A DNA stretch of 37,968 bases, taken from positions 1 to 37,968 of the IMG/VR virus record IMGVR_UViG_3300023174_000013. The stretch is one strand, 5' to 3'. The stretch's first letter is position 1. Each line of letters opens with the position of its first letter. The notes under the pieces are model-generated. The model worked only from the letters and a program-made list of their open reading frames with translations. It was not told the DNA's origin and ran no database searches. This stretch comes from a virus (Duplodnaviria; Caudoviricetes). A program made the translations under genes and the position numbers. Positions 16,939-26,267 of this stretch are shown here, one piece after another.

Positions 16939-17967
16939 ATGCCAGTTTCATCCGCAGGTAACATTCTCTTTACCAAGGCAGTTGCCTTTGGCGAGACCAC
17001 TTACGGAACCATTCCAACCCTGACTTCGGGTGGGCGACGGTTAGTTGTTGGTCCTACTGGCATCATTAACCCCGGCACCAACATTGAACTTGGCGAAGAC
17101 CGAGCAGTTGCCCTTCGCAACCCAATCCTTGGCACAACCGCAGTTGTGGTGTCTCAAGAGCCAACGATTAGCCTTGATGCCCCTAGCCTCTCGCTTGAAG
17201 ACTGGGTGTTCTACCTTCAGGGGATTAAGGCAGTAACGCCAACTGGAGCAGCCAACCCATACACTTGGTCTTACGACATCAGCATGACCGCCAGCAACAG
17301 CCCAAAGTCCTACTCCCTTGTGGTAACGGACGGCGCACAGATGTTCGTGACTAACTACAGCATGCTGACCAGCCTGAGTATCTCGGCAGACCGCAACGGC
17401 GCTACAACGGCACGAGCCGAGTTCTTTGCCCAGAGCCTTGCAAAGGACAACAGCACCTCGCTTACGGACGCAGTTCAGTCTGCTGTCACTTACATGCCCG
17501 GTCGCCTATGGAAGCCGTATTTCCACACTTCGTTCCCAACAGTTACGCAGGGTACGGCGTATTCGTACTTGCTTGACTGGTCACTAGACATTAACCCGGG
17601 CAATGCCCGACAGGCGTACCAGAACGGCACGCTCACGATGGCAACGCACGCTGAGTCCGAGCCGTTCACGGGTCAGATTTCCCTTACGGTTTCGGCAAAC
17701 GCATCGGCAATTTCTGAACTCTACGATGCTTACCAGAGCGCATCGGTCAAGTATCTCCGACTTGAGTGGACAAACGGCTTGGCATCAACGGCGCTTCGCA
17801 GCGCAAACATCTGCCTAGCGTTTATTCCAACAGAAGTGACACCGATTGCCAATGCCGAGGACGGGCTTACGACAGTAACGGTTCAGGGTCAGTTGGTAAC
17901 AGATGTTGCAGGGGCATCAAAGACTCTGCTCATTGAGTTGAAGAACGGGCTGTCAACAGCGCCGTAA
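16939..17967 (+). CDS. Major tail (tube) protein
   Basis: 342 aa, Thr/Ser-rich; ETTYGT near N-terminus; GAGGAG RBS; precedes chaperone and tape measure. Confidence 0.8.
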   Translation: MPVSSAGNILFTKAVAFGETTYGTIPTLTSGGRRLVVGPTGIINPGTNIELGEDRAVALRNPILGTTAVVVSQEPTISLDAPSLSLEDWVFYLQGIKAVTPTGAANPYTWSYDISMTASNSPKSYSLVVTDGAQMFVTNYSMLTSLSISADRNGATTARAEFFAQSLAKDNSTSLTDAVQSAVTYMPGRLWKPYFHTSFPTVTQGTAYSYLLDWSLDINPGNARQAYQNGTLTMATHAESEPFTGQISLTVSANASAISELYDAYQSASVKYLRLEWTNGLASTALRSANICLAFIPTEVTPIANAEDGLTTVTVQGQLVTDVAGASKTLLIELKNGLSTAP

Positions 17968-17986
17968 TGGTAGATAGGAGGGCATA

Positions 17987-18346
17987 ATGACCGACGAAAC
18001 AACACCAGTAGTTCCAGCCGCTCCAGTTCCGTCCGCCCCAGAGGCGGCGGCAGAAGTTGTTCTAGCCAAGGTTCCGACAACAAAGGAAATTCAGTTGCGT
18101 GCGCCATTTGAGGGATGGAAGGCAGTTATGCAGGTACGACGAGTTCCTGCCCGCGTGCTAATTGACCTTCAGTCGCCAATCTTTGACAAGCAGTTGGGTA
18201 CGGTTGCCAAACTGGTCAAGAGTCACAACTTTACTAACCCAGAGACTGGCGAGCACTATGAAGATGTGCTTGATGCGCCAATTGAGGCGTTGACCCAGTT
18301 GATGGAACTGTGGGGAGAAGCGGTAAGCAGCATCCCCCCTATGTGA
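17987..18346 (+). CDS. Tail assembly chaperone (G-like)
   Basis: Follows tail tube; ends in slippery C CCC CCT two codons before the stop. Confidence 0.7.
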   Translation: MTDETTPVVPAAPVPSAPEAAAEVVLAKVPTTKEIQLRAPFEGWKAVMQVRRVPARVLIDLQSPIFDKQLGTVAKLVKSHNFTNPETGEHYEDVLDAPIEALTQLMELWGEAVSSIPPM

Positions 18347-18546
18347 GGACGGCGGCTGCCCGCCTGAGCGTGGGGCATTCAGCCGTCCTGCCCGCTGAAC
18401 TCATCCTGTATACCGTCGGAAAAGAATTCGGCGTGCTGCCTTGGAAGTTGCTCAAAGAAGATGCGGCAGATGTCATGACGACATACGCTATCCTTAGAGA
18501 GATGCAACCCAAGCCTCAGCCGAAGGGAAACAAGCGTGGTATTTAG
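18334..18546 (+). CDS. Tail assembly chaperone extension (T-like), probably reached by -1 frameshift
   Basis: Open -1 frame PPYVRTAAARL...EFGVLPW; heptamer CCCCCCT at 18334-18340. Confidence 0.65.
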   Translation, partial: PPYVRTAAARLSVGHSAVLPAELILYTVGKEFGVLPWKLLKEDAADVMTTYAILREMQPKPQPKGNKRGI

Positions 18547-19282
18547 CCTATTTGGCTCCAAGAACAAGGCAATCTCTCTAAGCATTGAAGACGATGTGCT
18601 TGGAACGATTGACCGCCTACGGCTTCAGTTGGCTGCTGGCTTTGAAGAGCAAGCCTTTCAGCAGTTCATTGGCTACGCCGCCCTAGAGGGGGCTAAGTTT
18701 CTTGAGCCACACATGGAGGCGGCTGCCCCAGTTGGTTCTGCCGCAGAGGGAGACCCGCATCCGGGGCGATTGCGAGACTCTATCGTTTCGCGCATGGGTA
18801 AATACAAGAAGCCATCTGCCATCGTCGGTATCTATCCGGGGCGTAACCGTAAAGACATGACTGGCGCGTACTACGGTCGCGCAGTAGTATCGGGAACTGG
18901 CACGGAATGGTCGCGTAAGGGCGCAATCTCTGCGCGCGCGCAACTCCGAGCGCGTTGGAAAGCGCAAGACAAGCGCATGGGAATGACCTTTAACAACATT
19001 ACGAAGAAGCGTAGGGCTATGGTGTACAACCAGCGGCTAGAAGAACTTGGGTTGCTTCAGACTTACACCCGTAGCGCATTGCCAAGTCGCCCCTTTGTTC
19101 GCGAAGTGTCTAAAGACTTCAGAAGCGAAGTTGCCGATGTGGTCAAGGGTACGCTTACGGAACTCATCAACAACAAGGCGCTTCAGGCTACAGTCGGCGC
19201 TATTCCGATTACCGCCAAGGGCGACAAGAAACTGATTCGTTCGCAGTCAGCGTATGCCAAGCGCGTAGGAATGGTGGGGTAA
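18536..19282 (+). CDS. HK97 gp10-like neck/tail protein with basic insertion
   Basis: AAAPVG...GRLRDSI and RPFV motifs. Confidence 0.65.
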   Translation: MVFSLFGSKNKAISLSIEDDVLGTIDRLRLQLAAGFEEQAFQQFIGYAALEGAKFLEPHMEAAAPVGSAAEGDPHPGRLRDSIVSRMGKYKKPSAIVGIYPGRNRKDMTGAYYGRAVVSGTGTEWSRKGAISARAQLRARWKAQDKRMGMTFNNITKKRRAMVYNQRLEELGLLQTYTRSALPSRPFVREVSKDFRSEVADVVKGTLTELINNKALQATVGAIPITAKGDKKLIRSQSAYAKRVGMVG

Positions 19283-19285
19283 GAC

Positions 19286-21886
19286 ATGTCTGAACAGATG
19301 AACTTTCAGATCACGGCGCAGAACAATGCCAGCCGTGCCATTAAGGATGTTTCACGAGACCTAGGCGGACTCAAGGGAGCCTCTCAGCGTGCGGGCATGG
19401 GTATTAAGGTTGCCTTTGCTGCTGCTGGTATTGCCATTGTTGCCGCAACCCGCTTTATCCAAGACGCAACAAAGGCGGCAATGGAAGAAGAGAAAATTAA
19501 CAAGCGCCTTATTGGTGTTCTTAAGAGTCGCAAGATGGCGACACAAGAAAGCGTCGTTGCAATCATGCAACAGGTTGAGGCTGGCAAGAAACTGGCGTAT
19601 TCCAGTGACGAAATTAAGTCCAGTCTTGCAGGTATTATCCCGTTTGCTAAAGACACAACCGAAGCAATCGCAATTCAACGGGCGGCAATGGAAGTCGCTG
19701 CCGCCCAGAACATTAGCCTATCTAAGGCTTCCATTATTGTTTCGCGCGCCTTTATTGGTCAAGGCAAATCCCTTGCAAAGTTGGGCATCCAGACAACAAA
19801 GAACACAACAGTTACCAAGCGAGTTCGCGTTGAAAACGCCAAATGGGGCGCTTCGTACAAGACCGTTACTAAGAATGTAAAGGAAGTAGTCAAGGGTCAG
19901 GGAGTTCTTGACATGATTATGCAGAAGTACGGCGGTACGGCTGCTGAGTCCGCCAAGGGCGTAGAGAAGCAATTCAAAATCTTCCACAGTACGGTTGGAG
20001 ACCTAAAGCAAGAGTTTGGTCGCGCATTCCTCCCGATTGCGCTGAAGATTGCCCAGACGCTCAATAAAGACATTCTCCCGCAGATTAAGCCAGTCATTAC
20101 TGGCGTGGCTGAATTCATTACTGACAAGATTCCAAAGTTCCTTGCCGAAGTTGACCCAATTATTAAGAAGATTGCAGGACCGGGAGGGCTTGTTGAAGGC
20201 TTCCTGAAGATGGCTAAGGCGGTCTGGGGAGTTAACGGCGAAGGACCGCTTGGCAAGGCAATGAGTGCGCTTGGCGATCTCGTCAAGGAAATCTTGGGGA
20301 TGGCAAACAGGGTCATCACCTTTATTAGCGGGAACCCAACCGCTGCTCCAACCTACACAGGCATTCAGTACGGATCAACAAATCCTGAGTTCATGCCGCA
20401 ACCCGGTCGCGGACCACAAAGTCAAAGTAAAAACATCAGTCTTGGTGGTGTGCCGCTAATTGGTGGACTCCTAGAGTCTGCTGGCGTTGGTGTTAACCGA
20501 AACGGATTACAAAGTGCCGCAGTAACCGCCGCCATCGCAGCCGTTGTTGGCAAAGTTCTATTCAAAAAGATTCCGGGCATTGGTTTGCTTGCTTCCGCTG
20601 GAGTTGGCGGGTACATGGCTAGTGGCGCTTCTGAAAGCGGGGCATCAAAAATGGGAGTTCTGGAAGCCTTTGCTGGCGGCGCTGGTGCTCTTCAAGCCCT
20701 AACTTTCTTTGGCGGGTTGATGGGAAATAAGGGCGGCGGCGGTGGAGGCATGCCGACAATGCCAATGGCTGCCGCTGGCAAGCCCGGAATTCTTGGTCGC
20801 CTCGGCGGCGCGTTAATTCCTTCTTTCCTTCGCCCCAAAGGTGGAGCAGTCGCCGCTGGGGCGGCTGCAATGGGCGGAATGGGCGCGATGAGCATGAGCG
20901 CAAACACGGTTTACCTAAACGCCAACTCAGTTGTGGGCGGCGGAATGCCAATGGGTGGAATGCCAGCGGGCATGGGCGCAATGCAAGGACCGGCAGTTCC
21001 TCCGGGTTTGTCGCGTAAGCCCGGCATCTTCAACCGAATTTCTCAGGGGTTTAGCAACTGGAAGGGCGCTGTAACAGGCTCTAGCCAGTACGGAAAAATT
21101 GCAAGTGTTGGCAGTCGGCTCATGGGCGGGCTGCGAACCGCTGGGTCATTTGGCGCGCAAATGTTTGGGCTTCAGAACGCTGGCGCTGGGCTTGGAATGG
21201 TTGGAAGCGGGATTAAGAACCTTGGCGGCAAAATTGCGTCAAGCGGAGTTGGTAAGGCTGCTATCGGCGGAGCAACAATGCTTGGCTCTGGAGTTGCCAA
21301 GGTTGGAGGCGTAGCCGCAAAGGGCGCAAGGGCTGTTGGTACGGGAGTAGGGGCTGTGGGCAAGGGTCTTGGGGTTGTCGGTCGCGGCTTGGGCGCTGCT
21401 GGCAAGGTGGCATCTACGGGTCTCAAGGCAATTGGCGCTGGAGTTCCCCTTGTGGGCGGCATCCTCGCTGGGGCAAACGCGCTTGCCGAAGGAAATGGTG
21501 TAGGTCAAGCAATTGGTAAGGGAGTTGGTAACGCCGCAGGAACAGCCATTGGCGCTGGTCTTCTTTCGTGGATTCCTATTGCTGGTCCGCTGCTTGGTGG
21601 ACTTGTTGGTGGCGCAATTGGCGAGGCTATTGGCGGAGCGATTGGCGAAGCAGTTGATGGGATTGGCAAAAGCACATCGCCAGCGGTTAGCGCGCAAGCA
21701 AAATCCAAGTATGGAGAGGCTGGTTCGTATCAGTACGCAATTGGGCAGATGTACTCAAGCACCGCGTTGAATGGTGGTCAGGCTCCGCAGATCACCATTA
21801 ACCTGAATGACAAGCCGCTTGACGACATGATTAACAGGGTGATTGCCAAGACACCCGGGAAGCCGGGAACAAGGATTCTTCAGTAA
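19286..21886 (+). CDS. Tape measure protein
   Basis: 866 aa; ITAQNNAS N-terminus, helical Ala/Lys-rich half, Gly/Ala-rich hydrophobic C-half, ITINLN near end. Confidence 0.9.
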   Translation: MSEQMNFQITAQNNASRAIKDVSRDLGGLKGASQRAGMGIKVAFAAAGIAIVAATRFIQDATKAAMEEEKINKRLIGVLKSRKMATQESVVAIMQQVEAGKKLAYSSDEIKSSLAGIIPFAKDTTEAIAIQRAAMEVAAAQNISLSKASIIVSRAFIGQGKSLAKLGIQTTKNTTVTKRVRVENAKWGASYKTVTKNVKEVVKGQGVLDMIMQKYGGTAAESAKGVEKQFKIFHSTVGDLKQEFGRAFLPIALKIAQTLNKDILPQIKPVITGVAEFITDKIPKFLAEVDPIIKKIAGPGGLVEGFLKMAKAVWGVNGEGPLGKAMSALGDLVKEILGMANRVITFISGNPTAAPTYTGIQYGSTNPEFMPQPGRGPQSQSKNISLGGVPLIGGLLESAGVGVNRNGLQSAAVTAAIAAVVGKVLFKKIPGIGLLASAGVGGYMASGASESGASKMGVLEAFAGGAGALQALTFFGGLMGNKGGGGGGMPTMPMAAAGKPGILGRLGGALIPSFLRPKGGAVAAGAAAMGGMGAMSMSANTVYLNANSVVGGGMPMGGMPAGMGAMQGPAVPPGLSRKPGIFNRISQGFSNWKGAVTGSSQYGKIASVGSRLMGGLRTAGSFGAQMFGLQNAGAGLGMVGSGIKNLGGKIASSGVGKAAIGGATMLGSGVAKVGGVAAKGARAVGTGVGAVGKGLGVVGRGLGAAGKVASTGLKAIGAGVPLVGGILAGANALAEGNGVGQAIGKGVGNAAGTAIGAGLLSWIPIAGPLLGGLVGGAIGEAIGGAIGEAVDGIGKSTSPAVSAQAKSKYGEAGSYQYAIGQMYSSTALNGGQAPQITINLNDKPLDDMINRVIAKTPGKPGTRILQ

Positions 21887-23550
21887 TGCCAGTTCCGTAT
21901 CTCCTCTTTGTTGAAGGAATTGTTGGAGCAGGAGTTGTGGACCCAAACGCTGACCCTCTTCCCGGTGCTAACGGTCTTGGAACGGCTAGGGATTTGATTG
22001 CGTTGCCATCTGGGTTGCAGCAAGACAAGCCGCGAGTTGCCCTTGAATCATTCTCCATTACAACTTCAGGTTCTGGAACGGCTGCAAACATGACCTTTAC
22101 AGTCAACCAACCTGATGTCAATACAACATTTACCATCACTGGAGTGTCTGGCAATGGAACAACAGTCACCTACACGGCGGCAAACACCTTGTCAGTTGGC
22201 TCTGTTGTCACCATTACTGGCGTAACGCCATCGGGATACAACCTTACTAACGCAACAGTAGCCTCCGCAACCTCTTCGCAGTTCACCGTAACAAATTCCG
22301 CAACGGGCGCGTATTCAAGCGGCGGATCGGTGGCAATCGTTCCGTGCTTCATGGCAATGGCAGATACCGCAGTTGTTCGGTTCTACGACACGCGATACAG
22401 CGCCACACAGCCGATCCTTCTGGGCTATGTAACAAATGTTCAGGCTCGCATGCGGTCACTTGGGGTTGAGGTTCAGTTCACGGGCGCAGACCCAATTAAC
22501 TTCCTTGACAAGATTGTTGCCCGCAAGGGAAAGATCGGGTCAGGAAGGCAATCAGTTGGAACCATTGTTCTGAGCAAGACCACCGACCAAGCCATTATCA
22601 ACGAGGTTCTTTACTATGTTGATCTTCGCAGTGATGCCGCCACCAGAAGGCTTATTAACACTTCGCCTATTTCTGGCTCAGGCAAGACAGCGACGCGAGC
22701 GGTCTTTGACGCTGGTTATACGCCAAAAGTCATCAGTTCAGTAGTCAGCAAAATTGCGGTATCTACCCTTCGCGGTGCTATGGACACTATCTCCGAAGCC
22801 GCTGGTGGGTCAGACACAGTTGCTCGCAAGTATTGGATTGACGCAAACGGGCGTATTAACTACAGCAAAAAGACCGCGCCAACCTACGCAACCGCGCCCT
22901 TTGAAATTGTTACTAATCCTGCGTCAGCCAACCCTACAGGTTCAAGTGGAACGACGACGAGCAAATTGACGGCTACTGGATTGCAGGTTCAGTACGACCA
23001 CGAGCAGGTCATCAAAAAGGTGTTTACGCGATGTGGCGACTTTGACTCTGGCTTGGACGATGCAACCGATCCGTACACCCGTACCTATAACCTAGGCTCT
23101 CAGTCAGGACCGGGCTTGACTACTAGGCGGGGAGCAATTCCTATGGCGTTGATTGACTTGCCTGAAGTAAAAGGGCTTACCAATACAACCCGCGATGACT
23201 TTATTGACAAGTTTGCCAATGGAATGTTGGCAATTCGGTCTCAGCCAATGCGTACAGTTCGCATTACGATTGCTGGCGCTAATTTGAGTCAAACCTCTAA
23301 CCCAGCGCATGATTACGGTTATACACAGGGATACAAGCAAACAGGACCATCAGCCTATTCGCTGGTCACGGCGATTCTCCCTGACCAGTGGATTAAGGTG
23401 ACTGCCCCAGCCCTTGGAATCGCTGGAGAGTTGCTCAGGATTGAAGCGGTAACATGGTCATTTGCCAAAGGAACAACCGAGGCAACGCTAGAGATTGAGT
23501 GCGATTTCCGACGCATTGGCGGCAAGTGGAATGTAGAGAGGCTTGGGTAA
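21886..23550 (+). CDS. Minor tail / tail-tip hub protein
   Basis: TAATG-coupled to tape measure; YWIDANGRINY; inserted Thr-rich beta module. Confidence 0.75.
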   Translation: MPVPYLLFVEGIVGAGVVDPNADPLPGANGLGTARDLIALPSGLQQDKPRVALESFSITTSGSGTAANMTFTVNQPDVNTTFTITGVSGNGTTVTYTAANTLSVGSVVTITGVTPSGYNLTNATVASATSSQFTVTNSATGAYSSGGSVAIVPCFMAMADTAVVRFYDTRYSATQPILLGYVTNVQARMRSLGVEVQFTGADPINFLDKIVARKGKIGSGRQSVGTIVLSKTTDQAIINEVLYYVDLRSDAATRRLINTSPISGSGKTATRAVFDAGYTPKVISSVVSKIAVSTLRGAMDTISEAAGGSDTVARKYWIDANGRINYSKKTAPTYATAPFEIVTNPASANPTGSSGTTTSKLTATGLQVQYDHEQVIKKVFTRCGDFDSGLDDATDPYTRTYNLGSQSGPGLTTRRGAIPMALIDLPEVKGLTNTTRDDFIDKFANGMLAIRSQPMRTVRITIAGANLSQTSNPAHDYGYTQGYKQTGPSAYSLVTAILPDQWIKVTAPALGIAGELLRIEAVTWSFAKGTTEATLEIECDFRRIGGKWNVERLG

Positions 23551-25577
23551 TGTCACAGAATCTTGGCTCTAACGACGGATCACTAGCCAGTTTCAAGGGC
23601 GACATTATTGCGGACACGGATGCGCCGTTGTTATCTACGCAATCAACGGGTGGTCAGTCCTACGCTCTTGGCTCATCTTTGTCTGCTGGTATTTACACCA
23701 TGGTGCAAAACGGAACATTCAAAGCAACTCCACCAGACCCAGATTCGGTTATTGCCGAGCCTGAAAATGCGTTGCCGTATTTCTCGCTTGAGTCCAACTA
23801 TGTGTCTGGATCGCAGATTACGGCAACCTCGGTTGAGGATTCTACGGTTGCTTCTGGGCGCAAGATTCGCTTCACCATCCCAGCGGGTACGGCGGTTGGG
23901 CAGTATTTGCGCTTTGTTCGGTATGTTGCAGTTCCCGGCAGCGTAGCCCGTACTTTTACCTACCAGCCCCGTTCAGCATGGAAGAGCACAAGTTCAACAA
24001 CAGAAGTTTGGGCAACTCATCAGTCGCAGTTTTATCAAAACGACATTGCAACAACGACTGGAACAAGCGAAACGCGCACGGCAACCCTGACGACGATTAC
24101 GGCTTCTACATGGGCATACGAGTTGTATGCCAACCCAAACAGTTTGCCATCTATCCCTAGCGACGCGGCATTTATCCGAGTTGCCGTTGGTGTGCTGGTA
24201 AACACTTTGACCACCAGCAGTTGGACAGTAGACCTGCATGAGGTCCGCATTGACCATGGCTCCATTCAGCAACTTATTACTGACCAAACCGATCCAGCGC
24301 GCTACGGATACGCATCAACCTACATGAATAGCGGTCGGCTGGACACGCGCTCTAACGAGACTGGCGTAGTTGGCTCTAGCCCGATTATTTCTATTTATTC
24401 CAAGCAAGGAAGCATTGGATTAGATGCAAGTCCATCAGGGGTGGCGCAAACAATTACCGCTGCAAGCAGGGCAGGATCAACCGTCACCATTACAACAAGC
24501 GCAAACCACGATCTGGAGGTGTTGTATTGGGTCACGGTTGCTGGACTCAGCGGCGCGGCTGGCACGAGCATGAACGGAACATTTCAGGTGCTGTCTAAGA
24601 CCGCCACGCAGTTCACCTACACGGCGGCTGGAACGGCTGGATCGGCAACCGTCACTGGGGCAACAGTCAAGACCGCCCCTGCTCAAGGAAACATCTTGCT
24701 TACAACTGCTACCAACGGAAATGTAATCGTTAACCCGGGTGGCATCAGCGTCACGGGAAATGCAGACTTTTCTAGCAGCGCAACTGTAGGTGGGCAACTC
24801 AATGTGTCTGGAGACATTGACATTGGTGTATCGGATACAAGCACCGCAGGGGCAATTGTCTTCAAGGGCGGTAATGGTGGCTCAATTCGCGCGTTTAGCG
24901 CATCAGCAGGAAACGACAGCATCGGCGTTTACAACACATCAGGATCGGCGTACACGGCGTTAGTTGCTTTAGGGTTTTACCCAAATCAAGGCACGGCAAA
25001 CCTTAGCCATAACGGCACAAACTTCACAATGAACGATACGGTTGCTGTAACAGGAAACATTACTGCTACGGGGAACATGACCGCAACGGGGTCAGTAACG
25101 GGAAGCACGCTATCAACTTCGGGAAATGTCAGCACAAATGGTGCGGGTTTGTTTCACGACACGCCAACAGGCGTAACTCTTGCAAGCGGATCAACGGTTG
25201 GGCGAACGGCATTGTGGACGCTTAACTCAGGCACGCAGTACAACCTACAACGGTGGACAAGCACCTCAACGGCAACGCTGAAGAAAAACATTCGCGAAAC
25301 AGAACTTGCGCCAGACCAGATTTATAACATTGACCTTGTAGACTTTGAGTACGATCTGGAAAAGTTTGCGGAATTGTACCCGCACATAAATGTAGAAGCG
25401 ACAGGAACTCAACGGGGAGTAATCTGGGAGCAGATTGCGGATGTTATCCCAGAAGCCGCCGTTCAGGGGTACGGTCCCGGAGACCCTCCGACAATTGACT
25501 GGGAGGCGCTATACTTCGGTGCGCTTGTTGCGATTAAAGATTTAAACGAACGACTAAAAGCCTTGGAGTCCAAATGA
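23550..25577 (+). CDS. Tail fibre/spike with C-terminal intramolecular chaperone (peptidase S74-like)
   Basis: ATG 23550 via TAATG; beta-rich repeats; STATLKKNI...GVIWEQI...LVAIKDLNERLKALE. Confidence 0.8.
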   Translation: MSQNLGSNDGSLASFKGDIIADTDAPLLSTQSTGGQSYALGSSLSAGIYTMVQNGTFKATPPDPDSVIAEPENALPYFSLESNYVSGSQITATSVEDSTVASGRKIRFTIPAGTAVGQYLRFVRYVAVPGSVARTFTYQPRSAWKSTSSTTEVWATHQSQFYQNDIATTTGTSETRTATLTTITASTWAYELYANPNSLPSIPSDAAFIRVAVGVLVNTLTTSSWTVDLHEVRIDHGSIQQLITDQTDPARYGYASTYMNSGRLDTRSNETGVVGSSPIISIYSKQGSIGLDASPSGVAQTITAASRAGSTVTITTSANHDLEVLYWVTVAGLSGAAGTSMNGTFQVLSKTATQFTYTAAGTAGSATVTGATVKTAPAQGNILLTTATNGNVIVNPGGISVTGNADFSSSATVGGQLNVSGDIDIGVSDTSTAGAIVFKGGNGGSIRAFSASAGNDSIGVYNTSGSAYTALVALGFYPNQGTANLSHNGTNFTMNDTVAVTGNITATGNMTATGSVTGSTLSTSGNVSTNGAGLFHDTPTGVTLASGSTVGRTALWTLNSGTQYNLQRWTSTSTATLKKNIRETELAPDQIYNIDLVDFEYDLEKFAELYPHINVEATGTQRGVIWEQIADVIPEAAVQGYGPGDPPTIDWEALYFGALVAIKDLNERLKALESK

Positions 25578-25759
25578 CCGAATCTCAGGCACGACAAATT
25601 ATTAACAGGCTAGACGCTCAGTCCGCCAAGATTGACGCGCTTAAAGCAGAGATTGACCAAATGAAGGGTGGTCTGGCGGTCCTTAAGGGTCTTGGGGGGT
25701 TGCTTGGAGTGGGGGGCATTGGCGCGCTGTTGGCGTGGCTTCAGTCGCAGGGTAAGTAA
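25574..25759 (+). CDS. Small coiled-coil plus transmembrane protein (possible lysis accessory)
   Basis: 61 aa; heptad N-half, hydrophobic GLGGLLGVGGIGALLAWL. Confidence 0.7.
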   Translation: MTESQARQIINRLDAQSAKIDALKAEIDQMKGGLAVLKGLGGLLGVGGIGALLAWLQSQGK

Positions 25760-25914
25760 TGCTTCGTGCGTTGTCTTTGTGGACATGGACTGGCATGATT
25801 GCGGCATGGGTTGCAGCCCCCAGCGGGGGTACGAAAGACAGCATCGGCGGTGCTATTGTTGTCTTGTTAATCATCTGGCTACTTACAGGACCGCTACGGT
25901 TGGGGAGTAACTAA
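25759..25914 (+). CDS. 51-aa two-helix membrane protein (absent from the ORF track)
   Basis: MLRALSLWTWTGMIAAWVAAPSGGTKDSIGGAIVVLLIIWLLTGPLRLGSN; TAATG overlaps at both ends. Confidence 0.7.
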   Translation: MLRALSLWTWTGMIAAWVAAPSGGTKDSIGGAIVVLLIIWLLTGPLRLGSN

Positions 25915-26267
25915 TGGCAATTGACAATCGCTACGACTTAGAAATTAAGCAGGGAGCAACATTCTCATTGACTGCTACTTGGAAAGATTCTAGTGGCACG
26001 GCTATTAACTTGACTGGATACACGGCACGAATGCAGGTACGGTCTAGTTATGATTCAACTTCAACAATCATTAGCCTGACAAGCAGCGCAGGAATTACTC
26101 TTGGAGGCGTTGCTGGAACAATTTCCATTACGGTATCCGCAACAACCACGGCGGCACTAACAGCACCATGGTCAGGTGTTTGGGATTTGGAATTGGTGTC
26201 TGGTGGCGGAGTTGTAACTAGGCTTCTGGAAGGAGTTGTAAGCGTAACGCCAGAGGTAAGCCGATGA
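25914..26267 (+). CDS. Small beta-rich virion protein (fibre adaptor-like)
   Basis: IKQGATF...[13 protein letters not shown]...WDLELV..RLLEG; precedes the collagen fibre gene. Confidence 0.75.
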   Translation: MAIDNRYDLEIKQGATFSLTATWKDSSGTAINLTGYTARMQVRSSYDSTSTIISLTSSAGITLGGVAGTISITVSATTTAALTAPWSGVWDLELVSGGGVVTRLLEGVVSVTPEVSR

